From: a virus
DNA length: 46,353 nucleotides
IMG/VR virus record: IMGVR_UViG_3300045988_042187
Direction: 5' to 3' (one strand)
Part shown: piece by piece, positions 31,763 to 40,827 of the stretch
Layout of the letters: each line of letters begins with the position of its first letter
How positions within the stretch are numbered: the stretch's first letter is position 1
The notes under the pieces: generated by a model
What the model saw: the letters and a program-made list of their open reading frames with translations, nothing else
What the model was told of the DNA's origin: nothing
The model's database searches: none
Position numbers and translations under genes: made by a program

Positions 31763-32015
31763 GGAACATTGCCCGGAACATTTGAGATTTTCAGATGTTC
31801 CAATGTTCCGGGCAGGTGGGACATGTTCCGGGCAATGTTCCGGCAAATGTTCCGGGCAAAACCCTTGCGCCGCAAGGCTTTTGGGCTAAGTGGAACATTG
31901 GAACATTCATTTTCTATATTAGGGTAAAAGAGAGGATTTAGAGAGAATAGAGAAAAATAAAACTCTCTAAACCGCCTGTTTGCGCTACATACACGCGCGA
32001 ATGTTCCACTGTTCC
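31763..32015. repeat. Putative replication origin: iteron cluster plus an AT-rich segment
   Basis: Ten exact GGAACAT/ATGTTCC copies at 31763, 31775, 31795, 31803, 31823, 31835, 31847, 31892, 31900 and 32001, plus the variant CTGTTCC at 32009. Many extend to AATGTTCCGGG. The AT-rich stretch at 31907..31975 is unusual for this genome. Confidence 0.7.
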
Positions 32016-32030
32016 GAAAGGAGGAAATCC

Positions 32031-32312
32031 ATGAAAGAAAGCTATATTGAGAGCTACCTTGTTCGCAAGGTGAAAGAGCACGGTGGCCTCTGCTATAAGT
32101 TTGTGTCACCCGGAAATCCCGGCGTGCCTGATCGACTGATAATCACCCCCACCGGCAAGACCATCTTTGTTGAACTGAAAACAGAGGTGGGCAGGCTGGC
32201 CAAAGTCCAGAAGTGGCAGCGGAGTGAGATGGAGAAACGGGGGGCGGACTGCCGGGTGCTGTTTGGGATGGACGCAGTAAAGGACTTTTTGAGGGAGGTT
32301 TTCCCCGCATGA
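32031..32312 (+). CDS. VRR-NUC domain nuclease
   Basis: PD-(D/E)xK pattern GVPDRLI...FVELK. The ATG at 32031 has an AAAGGAGG RBS. Confidence 0.8.
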   Translation: MKESYIESYLVRKVKEHGGLCYKFVSPGNPGVPDRLIITPTGKTIFVELKTEVGRLAKVQKWQRSEMEKRGADCRVLFGMDAVKDFLREVFPA

Positions 32313-33697
32313 AATATGTGCCGCATGACTACCAGGCCTATTGCATCCAGCGTGTAGTTGAGGACCCTGCCGTTGGGCTGTTTCTCCGTCCCGGCCTTGG
32401 CAAAACAGTCATCACCCTGTCAGCGGTCAATATTCTCAAGTATTTTCGCTGGCAGGTGCAAAAGGTCCTGGTAGTGGCTCCCAAAAAGGTGGCAGAGGCC
32501 ACCTGGAGCAAGGAGGCCGCCAAGTGGGACCACCTCCAGCACCTCCGCACCTCTGTGGTGCTGGGCAGCGCCACCAAGCGCATCAAGGCCCTCAACACTC
32601 CGGCGGACATCTATGTCATCAACCGGGAAAATGTGGAGTGGCTGGTGGACTACTACAAACAGGCCTGGCCCTTTGACATGGTGGTGCTTGATGAGAGCAC
32701 CAGCTTTAAGAACAGCCAGAGCAAGCGCTGGAAAGCCATGAGGCGGGTGCGGCGTTTCATCAAGCGGATGGTCCTGCTGACCGGCACGCCGTCCTCTAAG
32801 GGCCTCATTGACCTGTGGGCACAAGTTTACCTGCTGGACTGCGGAGAGCGCCTGGGGCAATCCCTGAGCGCCTACCGTGAGCGTTATTTTGACCCTGACC
32901 AGCGGAGCCGCACACAGATTTTTTCCTACAAGGCCAAAGACGGTGCGGAGAGCGCTGTGTTGGATGCCATTTCTGACATCTGCATCTCCATGAAAGCGGA
33001 GGACTACCTGGAGCTGCCGGACTTCATCCAGCATGAGGTGCCGGTGCTGCTGGATGCCAAAGCCCGCCGGGCCTATGACCAGTTTGAGCGTGACCTGCTG
33101 CTGGAGGTGGACGAGGATGTCATCACCGCCGCCTCTGCCGCCGTTCTTGTGGGAAAACTCCTGCAAATGTGCAACGGTGCTGTGTATAGCAATGATGGTC
33201 ACATCGTGCCGGTCCATGACTGCAAGCTGGAGGCCTATCTGGAGCTGCTGGAGCAGTTGAACGGAGAGCATTGCCTGACTTTCTACGGCTACCAGCATGA
33301 CCGTGACCGCATCCTGGAGGCGCTGAAAAAGCACCGCAAGGACCTCCGGGTGAGGGTCTACAAAACCGTGGAGGATGAGGAGGCCTGGAACAACGGAGAG
33401 GTTGATGTGCTGCTGGTGCATCCGGCCTCCTGTGCCTACGGCCTCAACCTCCAGGCGGGCGGCCAGCATGTGGTGTGGTACGGCCTCAACTGGTCCTTTG
33501 AGCTGAATGACCAGGGAAACTGCCGCTTATACCGGCAGGGCTCCCCCTATGACAAGGTTTTCGTCCACTATCTTGTGGTGCAGGGCTGCCAGGATGAGGA
33601 TGTCATGGCTACGGTGCGAGATCGCCAGGACACCCATGAGGCCGTCATGTCCGCACTCAAGGCCAGAATTAAGCGAGTAAAGGAGAGCGCAAAATGA
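32309..33697 (+). CDS. SNF2-family helicase
   Basis: Motif I GLGKT, motif II VVLDESTSFKN, motif III LLTGTPSS, and C-terminal helicase motifs. Confidence 0.88.
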   Translation: MKYVPHDYQAYCIQRVVEDPAVGLFLRPGLGKTVITLSAVNILKYFRWQVQKVLVVAPKKVAEATWSKEAAKWDHLQHLRTSVVLGSATKRIKALNTPADIYVINRENVEWLVDYYKQAWPFDMVVLDESTSFKNSQSKRWKAMRRVRRFIKRMVLLTGTPSSKGLIDLWAQVYLLDCGERLGQSLSAYRERYFDPDQRSRTQIFSYKAKDGAESAVLDAISDICISMKAEDYLELPDFIQHEVPVLLDAKARRAYDQFERDLLLEVDEDVITAASAAVLVGKLLQMCNGAVYSNDGHIVPVHDCKLEAYLELLEQLNGEHCLTFYGYQHDRDRILEALKKHRKDLRVRVYKTVEDEEAWNNGEVDVLLVHPASCAYGLNLQAGGQHVVWYGLNWSFELNDQGNCRLYRQGSPYDKVFVHYLVVQGCQDEDVMATVRDRQDTHEAVMSALKARIKRVKESAK

Positions 33698-34032
33698 GCG
33701 ATAATCTGAATATTAAACTGCTGAAACAGCACGCCGCCATCCTGGAAACGGCCCTCCAGACCGTCAACAATGTTTCCAAGAGCATCACAGAGGAGGCAGC
33801 GGCCCTGGATGCGGAGCTTGCGCCGGTCCAGGATGCCACGGATGCGCTGGTGGCCTGCGAGAGGGCCCAAGAGCGTGCCCGCTTTGCTGAGGCGAAACTG
33901 AACAAGGCCGTGGCGGACCTGCGCTTTGTCATGGCCGGTGGTGACCCTTGCCGGGTGTGTGCCGTCAAGTGCACTTTTGGTGAGGGCAACTGCAAACCCG
34001 TGTGGCGTGGAGAGGCTGGTGCTGATTTGTGA
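33694..34032 (+). CDS. Hypothetical coiled-coil protein with a C-terminal Cys cluster
   Basis: ORF with an ATGA overlap. Confidence 0.5.
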   Translation: MSDNLNIKLLKQHAAILETALQTVNNVSKSITEEAAALDAELAPVQDATDALVACERAQERARFAEAKLNKAVADLRFVMAGGDPCRVCAVKCTFGEGNCKPVWRGEAGADL

Positions 34033-34460
34033 CTTTGAAAGAACTGTCCCAGCTTTACTACCTCAACCGGGAGATCGAGATGGACAAAAAGCGCCTCCTT
34101 GAGCTGGAGGCCAGGGCGGTGTCCTGTTCGTCAGATCTGTCCGGGATGCCCAGGAGCTCCGGCGTGTGGGACCGTGTTGGCCGCTATGCGGCGGAGATCG
34201 TGGACCTCAAGGGCATCATTGAGGCCAAACTCCAGCAGTGCATCTATGAGCGCAACCGTTTGGAGAGGTACATCACCACCATTGAGGACAGCCTCCTCCG
34301 GCAGGTTTTCACATATCGCTTTGTGAATGGACTGCCGTGGCAGCAGGTGGCCGCATGTATCGGCGGGAGTAACACTGCTGACGGCGTGCGGATGATGTGC
34401 AACAGGTACATCAAGGCCACGGAGCCGGAAACAGATGACGGCACAGAGGTCCAACTGTAA
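34029..34460 (+). CDS. Late-gene transcriptional activator (DUF1492 / RinA-ArpU, sigma-region-4-like)
   Basis: LSGMP...D ... SLLRQVFTYRFVNGLPWQQVAACIG pattern. It is the last gene before the terminase. Confidence 0.6.
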   Translation: MTLKELSQLYYLNREIEMDKKRLLELEARAVSCSSDLSGMPRSSGVWDRVGRYAAEIVDLKGIIEAKLQQCIYERNRLERYITTIEDSLLRQVFTYRFVNGLPWQQVAACIGGSNTADGVRMMCNRYIKATEPETDDGTEVQL

Positions 34461-34542
34461 CTTGTTCGTTCTGTTCGGTGTTTCTGTGGTACACTATATC
34501 CTGCGGGTAGTGCCTCAAGATGATGCAATACCTCCTTGGTTG

Positions 34543-34634
34543 AACAGCGGCAAGGTGACGGATAATGAAACCCAGACCCTTGCCGCTGTTTCATTCTAAC
34601 GATTTTTTAGAGCCGTCCGATGAGGGCGGCTTTT
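34543..34634 (+). other. Two stem-loops in the leader of the late (packaging) operon
   Basis: A 13-bp stem AACAGCGGCAAGG / CCTTGCCGCTGTT (34543-34555 / 34578-34590), and an 8-bp stem AGCCGTCC / GGGCGGCT (34611-34631) followed by TTT. Confidence 0.6.
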
Positions 34635-34655
34635 ACTATGTGATGGGGTGGTGAG

Positions 34656-35219
34656 ATGGCAAAGCTGACTGAAAAGCAAAAGCGATTTGTGCAGGAATAC
34701 CTTGTGGACCTCAATGCCACGGCGGCTGCCAAGCGTGCCGGATATAGCGAAAAAAGCGCCTCCCGGATAGCCGTGGAACTACTCAATAAAACTCAAGTTT
34801 CTGCCGAAATCCAAAAGCAGCAGGCCAAGCGTCAAAAGCGGGTGGAAATCACCCAGGAAAAAGTGCTTGAGGAGCTGGCTGCAATCGCCTTTGCCAACGG
34901 TGCTGACTTCGCCACCGTCAACCAAAATGGCATTGTCCGCATCACCCCCACCTCTGAGCTGCCGGAGGAAAAGCGCAAGGCCATTGCCTCCATCAAGGAG
35001 GGGCAATATGGCACGGAGGTCAAGGTGCACGATAAGGTCAAGGCCCTGGAGCTGCTGGCCAAGCACCTGGGCATGTTCGACAGCAAGAACGGTGGCAGCG
35101 AGGCCCCAGAGAATAACATCTTTGAGGTCATTGATCAAAGCACCAGAGAGGAGATAGGCACGGATGAAATACCAGAGATTGAGCACCCGGCAAAACCTGG
35201 CCATGACCTGGTGGAATAG
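34656..35219 (+). CDS. terS: Terminase small subunit
   Basis: The N-terminus KLTEKQKRFVQEYLVDLNATAAAKRAGYSEKSA is the classic terminase small subunit HTH. Confidence 0.88.
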   Translation: MAKLTEKQKRFVQEYLVDLNATAAAKRAGYSEKSASRIAVELLNKTQVSAEIQKQQAKRQKRVEITQEKVLEELAAIAFANGADFATVNQNGIVRITPTSELPEEKRKAIASIKEGQYGTEVKVHDKVKALELLAKHLGMFDSKNGGSEAPENNIFEVIDQSTREEIGTDEIPEIEHPAKPGHDLVE

Positions 35220-36390
35220 GCCCGGCTTTGAGGTCTATGACGGCATCATCTGTGACGGTTCCATCCGCTCCGGCAAGACAGTGGCCATGACGGTGGGCTT
35301 TATCATGTGGGCCATGACCCGCCTTGATGGCTACAATTTTGCCATCTGCGGCAAGACCATTGAGAGCCTGCGCCGCAATGTGACAAGCAATCTGCCCGTC
35401 TGGCTGGCGGGCGTTTTCTCTTTCAAGGAGCACCGCACTGAAAACAAGATCGTGGTGAGCGCCAACGGCAAGAGTAACAGCTTTTACCTGTTCGGCGGCA
35501 AGGACGAAAGCAGCGCCGCACTCATCCAGGGCATCACACTGGCAGGCATCCTGCTGGATGAGGTGGCCCTGATGCCGGAGAGCTTTGTCAACCAGGCCAC
35601 GGCCCGCTGCTCTGTTGAGGGGGCCAAGCTGTGGTTTAACTGCAACCCGGAGGGCCCCAGCCATTGGTTTTATACCAAGTGGGTGCTGGAGGCCAGCAGG
35701 CGGAAAATGCTGCACCTCCATTTCACCATGGATGACAACCTCAGCCTCTCCGCCTCAGTCAAGGCAAGGTATGAGAGCCTTTACTCTGGCGTTTTCTATG
35801 ATCGCTTTATCCGGGGCCTGTGGGTGGTGGCGGAGGGGCTTATTTACACGATGTTCAACAAGGACTTTCATGTTGTGCCCAGCGTCCCCAGGCCCTATGA
35901 AAAGTATGTGATGTCCTGCGACTACGGCACCATCAACCCCACCAGCATTGGCCTCTGGGGCAAGGCTGGCGGCAAGTGGTACAGGATGCGGGAGTATTAC
36001 TATGACAGCCGCAAGGAGGGCCGCCAGCGCACCGATGAGGAGCACTACACGGAGCTGGAGCGCCTGGCTGATGGCCTGCATGTGTCCGCCATCATTGTGG
36101 ACCCATCGGCGGCCTCTTTCATTGAGGTCATCCGCCGCCATGACCGCTACCGTGTAGAAAAGGCCTCCAACTCCGTGCTGGACGGCATCCGCAATGTGGC
36201 CACCCGGCTCCAGAGCGGTGACATCTTTTTCTGTGACTGCTGCACGGACTGCATCCGTGAGTTTGGGATGTATCGCTGGGATGAAAAAGCCCAGATGGAC
36301 CGTCCCATCAAAGAAAATGACCATAGCATGGACGATGTGCGCTACTTCGTGCACCGTGTCTATGCGCCTGATCTGATTAGCTTTAAGTGA
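35164..36390 (+). CDS. terL: Terminase large subunit (PBSX-type)
   Basis: Walker A CDGSIRSGKT, Walker B ILLDEV, a C-terminal nuclease region, and its position. Confidence 0.9.
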   Translation: MKYQRLSTRQNLAMTWWNRPGFEVYDGIICDGSIRSGKTVAMTVGFIMWAMTRLDGYNFAICGKTIESLRRNVTSNLPVWLAGVFSFKEHRTENKIVVSANGKSNSFYLFGGKDESSAALIQGITLAGILLDEVALMPESFVNQATARCSVEGAKLWFNCNPEGPSHWFYTKWVLEASRRKMLHLHFTMDDNLSLSASVKARYESLYSGVFYDRFIRGLWVVAEGLIYTMFNKDFHVVPSVPRPYEKYVMSCDYGTINPTSIGLWGKAGGKWYRMREYYYDSRKEGRQRTDEEHYTELERLADGLHVSAIIVDPSAASFIEVIRRHDRYRVEKASNSVLDGIRNVATRLQSGDIFFCDCCTDCIREFGMYRWDEKAQMDRPIKENDHSMDDVRYFVHRVYAPDLISFK

Positions 36391-36399
36391 GGTTTTACT

Positions 36400-36753
36400 G
36401 TGCGAGTTTCTGTGTTGGGTGTGCAATATGCTGTGGAATATCGGACAAGGGCCCAAGACCCTGAGCTTGAGGCAGCAGATTGTGATGGCTACTGTGACAC
36501 CAGCATCAAGTTATGCGTGGCCCGTAAATATACGGCGGCAGAGCAAAAAGAGCCCGGCAGCAAGAAATGCCTGGATGACTACATGCGTAAGTGCATGAGG
36601 CATGAACTGGTCCACGCTTTTCTTTATGAGAGCGGCCTGAGCATCAATAGCCTCTCACCGTCTGGCTGGGCCTCTAATGAGGAAATGACGGACTGGATGG
36701 CTATACAAGGGCCGAAACTTTATGATGCTTGGAAACAGGCAAAATGTTTGTGA
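36400..36753 (+). CDS. Small HExxH zinc-metallopeptidase-like protein
   Basis: Motif CMRHELVHAFLYESG, a GTG start, and visibly lower GC than the neighbouring genes. Confidence 0.6.
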   Translation: MRVSVLGVQYAVEYRTRAQDPELEAADCDGYCDTSIKLCVARKYTAAEQKEPGSKKCLDDYMRKCMRHELVHAFLYESGLSINSLSPSGWASNEEMTDWMAIQGPKLYDAWKQAKCL

Positions 36754-36765
36754 GGTGAGAAACCA

Positions 36766-38283
36766 ATGGTGACACTCAATCTGAGGGATGATTGCAATGG
36801 CCGTGTGGCCACCAATTTCAAACGGGGCATGACGGACAAGCGCTTTCTGGAGCTTGAAATCACTGCATGGCTCACCAGCCCGGAGCGCAAAAAGCAGCTT
36901 GAGGGTGAGGCCTACTATGACGGCTACCAGGATGTGACCCACCGGGAACGCCTGGCGCTGGATGAGGACGGCAAGCCCATTGTGCTCAAGAACTTGCCCA
37001 ACAACCGGCTGGTCAACAACCTCTATTCCAAGATGGTGGACCAAAAGACCAACTACTCCTTTGGCCGTCCGCTGTCCTTTGACACCGAAAACAAGGAGTA
37101 TGCCAAGGCCCTGGGGGCTCTGTTCGGGGCCCGTTTTCTGCGCACCATGCACAATGTTGGTGAGGGCGCATGGATTGGTGGAAAGTCCTGGCTCTATCCC
37201 TACTACGAAAACGGGGAGCTGGCTTTCCGGCGCTTTCCCGCTGATGAGGTCCTGCCATTCTGGGCGGACGCTGACCACACCGTCCTGGACGCTGCTGTCC
37301 ATGTCTATGTGGTGCAGGAATACGATGAGGCCGAACATGCCAAGGATGTTGTCAAGGTTGAGGTCATGCACGGCGGAGGTGTGGACTGTTTCATCCGCAC
37401 GGATGACGGCGTGCTGGAGCCGGACAGCTTTGCCTACTCCGGCCCCTATATCATCACACGGCAGGACGATGAAACCGGCAAAGTGGAGGGCTACAACTGG
37501 GAGCGCATCCCATTGGTGTGCTTTAAGAGCTCCCACCATGAAATCCCACTCCTCTCCAAGGTCAAGTGCCTCCAGGATGCCTACAACAACATCCTGAGCA
37601 ACTTTGCCAACCAGATGGAGGAGGACATCCACACCACCATCCTGGTCATCAAGAACTATGACGGTGAGGACCTGGGCACATTCCGCCGCAACCTGGCCAC
37701 CTATGGTGCCATCAAGGTGCGGTCCTATGAGGGGGCTGAGGGCGGCGTGGACACTCTGGAAATATCCGTCAACGCTGAAAACTACAAGACCCTGTTGGCC
37801 CTGCTCAAGGATGCCATCATTGAGAACGCCAGAGGCTATGATGCCAAGGATGACCGCATGAGCGGTGACCCAAACCAAATGAACATTCAGAGCATGTACT
37901 CTGACATTGACCTGGATGCCAATGGCATTGAAATGGAGTTTCAGGCCAGCATGGAGGAGCTGCTTTGGTTTATCAACAAGCACCTGGCCAACACCGGCGG
38001 CAGGAGCTTTGAGGGCGAGGATGTCACAGTCATCTTTGACCGGGATGTGCTCATCAACGAAACGGAGGCCATCAACAACTGCAAGAACTCCGTGGGCATC
38101 CTCTCTGATGAAACCATCGTCAAGATGCACCCCTGGGTCACTGACCCGGAGCAGGAGCTCCAGCGCATCAAGGATGAGAAAGAGGAGGCCATGCAGGCTG
38201 ACCACTACCAGGCCGCTTTTCTGGCCAACCGCAACCAGCCGCCGGTAAACAATGAGGGTGGTGGCGATGGCAAGACAGACTAA
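36766..38283 (+). CDS. Portal protein (SPP1 gp6-like)
   Basis: 505 aa, directly after the terminase and before the MuF gene, with an acidic C-terminus. Confidence 0.85.
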   Translation: MVTLNLRDDCNGRVATNFKRGMTDKRFLELEITAWLTSPERKKQLEGEAYYDGYQDVTHRERLALDEDGKPIVLKNLPNNRLVNNLYSKMVDQKTNYSFGRPLSFDTENKEYAKALGALFGARFLRTMHNVGEGAWIGGKSWLYPYYENGELAFRRFPADEVLPFWADADHTVLDAAVHVYVVQEYDEAEHAKDVVKVEVMHGGGVDCFIRTDDGVLEPDSFAYSGPYIITRQDDETGKVEGYNWERIPLVCFKSSHHEIPLLSKVKCLQDAYNNILSNFANQMEEDIHTTILVIKNYDGEDLGTFRRNLATYGAIKVRSYEGAEGGVDTLEISVNAENYKTLLALLKDAIIENARGYDAKDDRMSGDPNQMNIQSMYSDIDLDANGIEMEFQASMEELLWFINKHLANTGGRSFEGEDVTVIFDRDVLINETEAINNCKNSVGILSDETIVKMHPWVTDPEQELQRIKDEKEEAMQADHYQAAFLANRNQPPVNNEGGGDGKTD

Positions 38284-39844
38284 CGCCGCCTACTGGGCCC
38301 AGCGCATGAAAAACATGGAGGATGCGCTGCTGGACCAGTCCTACTCCTATGTGGAAAACCTTGAAAAGCAGTTTGCCGCCGCCCAAGCTGAGATTGAGCG
38401 GCAGATGGCCCGCTGGTATCAGCGCTTTGCCACCAACAATGAGATTGACCTGGCAGAGGCTAAGCGGCTGCTCAATTCCAAGGAGCTCAAGGAGTTTCAC
38501 TGGACCGTGGCTGAGTACATCGCCTATGGTAAGCAAAACGCCATTGATGGTGCCTGGATGAAACAGCTTGAGAACGCCAGCGCCAGGGTGCACATCTCCC
38601 GGCTGGAGGCTCTAAAGCTCCAGCTCCAGCAGCAGGCAGAGGTCCTATACTCCAACCAACTGGACTATGTGGATGCCGCCGCCCGCAAGATGTATGAGGG
38701 CAGCTACTATCACACGGCCTTTGAACTGCAAAAGGGGCTGGGCGTGGGCTGGACCATGCAGGCCATCAATGAGGAAACCATCACCAAGGTGCTCTCCCGC
38801 CCCTGGACTACGGACAACCAGACTTTCCGTGATCGGTGCTGGACAAACAAGCAGAACCTTGTGAACAGCGTCAACACCCAGCTCACGCAAATGGTCATCC
38901 GGGGCGAGGCCCCGGACCGTGCCATTTCTGCCATCTCCAAGCAGTTTGATGTGTCCAGGGCAAAGGCTGGCCGCCTGGTGATGACGGAAAGCGCCTATTT
39001 CTCCAGCGCCGGGCAAAAGGACTGCTACAAGGCCCTGGATGTGGAGCGCTACAAAATCGTGGCCTCCTTTGACAAGGACACATGCAGCTTGTGTGCCGAC
39101 ATGGACGGCAAGGTTTTCAAGATGTCAGAGTACCAGGTGGGGCTCACCGCTCCACCGTTTCATCCGTGGTGCCGGTGCTGCACCTGCCCCTACTTTGAGG
39201 ACATGGACGGCATGGGTGAACGCTATGCCCGTGACGCTGTGACGGGTGAGCGCTTCAAGGTGCCCGGCAACATGACCTATGACCAATGGAAAGCCCAGCA
39301 GGATGCTCTCCATGGTCAAGGAACTGTTGATAAGATGCAGAAAATCAGCTATAATGAAACCGCTGACAGAGCCCAGTTTGAAAAGTACAAGGAGCGCCTG
39401 GGTGCGGATGCACCCCGCTATTTCAAGGACTTCCAAGCCTTGAAATATGACCGTGCTGCCGAATACAAAGACCTGGCTGGGCTCTATTCCTACAAGGGCC
39501 GTGTGCCGGAGGCCTCCAAGGCTGACTACAAGGCCTATAAGGCCGTAAAAGCCACCGGCGTGCCCGGTTCTGTCCGGGTGCCCGCCAAGCCCATTGAGGT
39601 TGATGAGCTGGTTTTCAAGGATGCCCACGGCACGCATCACGGCTGCACGCTGGAGGATGCCAAGGGCTACATCCGGCAGGCTAAGTGCTCCATCACCCGC
39701 AAGCGCTGGGATGGCTACCACACCAATTACTACTCTTTTGAGGGTGCCGCCTATATGGATGACGAAAGTGGGAAAATCAACACCGCTTTTTCCAAAAGCG
39801 ACTTTGACCCCAAGACAAAGGAAATCATGGAGGTGTTTGAGTGA
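38267..39844 (+). CDS. MuF / SPP1 gp7-like head morphogenesis protein with a C-terminal extension of about 195 aa
   Basis: MuF motifs NQTFRDRCWTNKQN, RLVMTESAYF and DTCSLCADMDGKVF...PPFHPWCRCC. A long tail follows the domain. Confidence 0.85.
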   Translation: MARQTNAAYWAQRMKNMEDALLDQSYSYVENLEKQFAAAQAEIERQMARWYQRFATNNEIDLAEAKRLLNSKELKEFHWTVAEYIAYGKQNAIDGAWMKQLENASARVHISRLEALKLQLQQQAEVLYSNQLDYVDAAARKMYEGSYYHTAFELQKGLGVGWTMQAINEETITKVLSRPWTTDNQTFRDRCWTNKQNLVNSVNTQLTQMVIRGEAPDRAISAISKQFDVSRAKAGRLVMTESAYFSSAGQKDCYKALDVERYKIVASFDKDTCSLCADMDGKVFKMSEYQVGLTAPPFHPWCRCCTCPYFEDMDGMGERYARDAVTGERFKVPGNMTYDQWKAQQDALHGQGTVDKMQKISYNETADRAQFEKYKERLGADAPRYFKDFQALKYDRAAEYKDLAGLYSYKGRVPEASKADYKAYKAVKATGVPGSVRVPAKPIEVDELVFKDAHGTHHGCTLEDAKGYIRQAKCSITRKRWDGYHTNYYSFEGAAYMDDESGKINTAFSKSDFDPKTKEIMEVFE

Positions 39845-40029
39845 AAACAGTGTATTGCCCAGTAAAGGCCGCCCAGGTCAACGGCACAGACTGCATGGTC
39901 ATCTGCGATGTCGCAGACCGCCTGCTCAACCCCTCTGTGCTGCCCGGCGGCATCGACTGGAGCGAGGAACAGCGTGAGCGATGCCTCAAGTGCCCCTACC
40001 ACGCTGATCTGGAGAGCTCCGAGGAATAA
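39841..40029 (+). CDS. Small Cys-rich protein overlapping the MuF stop
   Basis: GTG start overlapping the upstream stop codon, with Cys residues in a CP...C...C...C..CP pattern. Confidence 0.5.
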   Translation: MKTVYCPVKAAQVNGTDCMVICDVADRLLNPSVLPGGIDWSEEQRERCLKCPYHADLESSEE

Positions 40030-40046
40030 CCCCTTTTGATGTTAAA

Positions 40047-40078
40047 AGCATCGTGCTGAAAATGCACGGTGCTTTTTT
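40047..40078 (+). terminator. Rho-independent terminator
   Basis: AGCATCGTGC-tgaaaat-GCACGGTGCT followed by TTTTT. Confidence 0.8.
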
Positions 40079-40179
40079 CATACCCAAATACCGCTGGCCC
40101 GGCGGACTACAAGATGGGCACTGCAACACCGGGACTGGCCGGATAAAAAGGACAGCAGACATGCAAGGAGGTAACAATC

Positions 40180-40827
40180 ATGTTGGAATGGCTGAAAACC
40201 GTATTGGGGGATGCGTACACCCCCGAAATTGACACGGCAGTTTCTCAGGAGATCGGCAAGGGCTTTGTGGCCCGCACCGACTTCAACACAAAGACTGCCA
40301 AGGTCACAGAGCTGGAAACCGAGGTCAAGCAGCTCCGTGAGGGTATCAAGACCCGTGACACTCAGCTCTCCGAGCTGAAAAAGTCCGCCGGTGACAATGC
40401 TGAACTGCAAAAGCAGATCGACACGCTCACCCAGCAGAACAAGGACCAGAAAGCCGCCTATGATAAGGAGCTGGCCACGGTCAAGCTGACTGCTGCGGTG
40501 GATGCGGAGCTCACCGCTGCCGGGTCCAAGAACAACATCGCCGTCCGTGCGATGCTGGCGGACTTCCTCAAGGATGCCAAGGTGGTGGATGGCAAGGTCA
40601 CCTCTAAGGAGAACGGCGAAACCGTCACCCTGGGGGCCAAGGTCGAGGCGATGAAAAAGGACGCTGCTACTGACTTTATGTTTGGAGATGCGCCCAAGTA
40701 TAGCGGCTGGAAACCCGGCGAGAACGGGGACGGGGGCAAGCCCGGCAGCACCAAAAAGCTGTCTGAGATGTCCTACTCCGAGCTGACCGAGTACATGGCC
40801 AAAAACCCTGACGCAAAGCTGGAATAA
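40180..40827 (+). CDS. Scaffolding protein (GP20-like)
   Basis: Coiled-coil protein lying before the major capsid gene, with an N-terminus MLEWLKTVLGDAYTPEID typical of the family. Confidence 0.8.
   Translation: MLEWLKTVLGDAYTPEIDTAVSQEIGKGFVARTDFNTKTAKVTELETEVKQLREGIKTRDTQLSELKKSAGDNAELQKQIDTLTQQNKDQKAAYDKELATVKLTAAVDAELTAAGSKNNIAVRAMLADFLKDAKVVDGKVTSKENGETVTLGAKVEAMKKDAATDFMFGDAPKYSGWKPGENGDGGKPGSTKKLSEMSYSELTEYMAKNPDAKLE

Noticed and set aside
29879-31846. Very long minus-strand ORFs antisense to clear genes. Examples: 29879..31846, 23278..24939, 43707..45326, 36655..38205, 11444..12709, 18034..19296, 40842..42230, 8127..9275.
   Set aside because: They lie opposite genes with strong family motifs and RBSs, have low-complexity Gly/Ala/Arg/His-rich translations and lack RBSs. 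Long stop-free antisense frames are expected in GC-rich DNA.
31763-32015. Possible CRISPR-like array, because of the many short repeats.
   Set aside because: The repeats are only 7-11 nt, occur in both orientations, are irregularly spaced by a few nt, and no cas genes are present.
31641-32109. Track ORFs 31641..31889 (+) and 31741..32109 (-) crossing the iteron region.
   Set aside because: Their translations are driven by the repeated GGAACAT motif (repeated NVPG/CSGQ strings) and they have no RBS. The region is better explained as an origin.
34461-34655. Possible tRNA or other small RNA gene in the late-operon leader.
   Set aside because: No cloverleaf or T-arm consensus (GTTCRANNC) was found, only two simple hairpins.
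38795-38803. A third IMH-like match (TCCCGCCCC) inside the MuF gene, as a possible third VR.
   Set aside because: Only 9 nt match, and the upstream sequence shows no similarity to the TR. It is a coincidental Pro/Arg-coding GC string.
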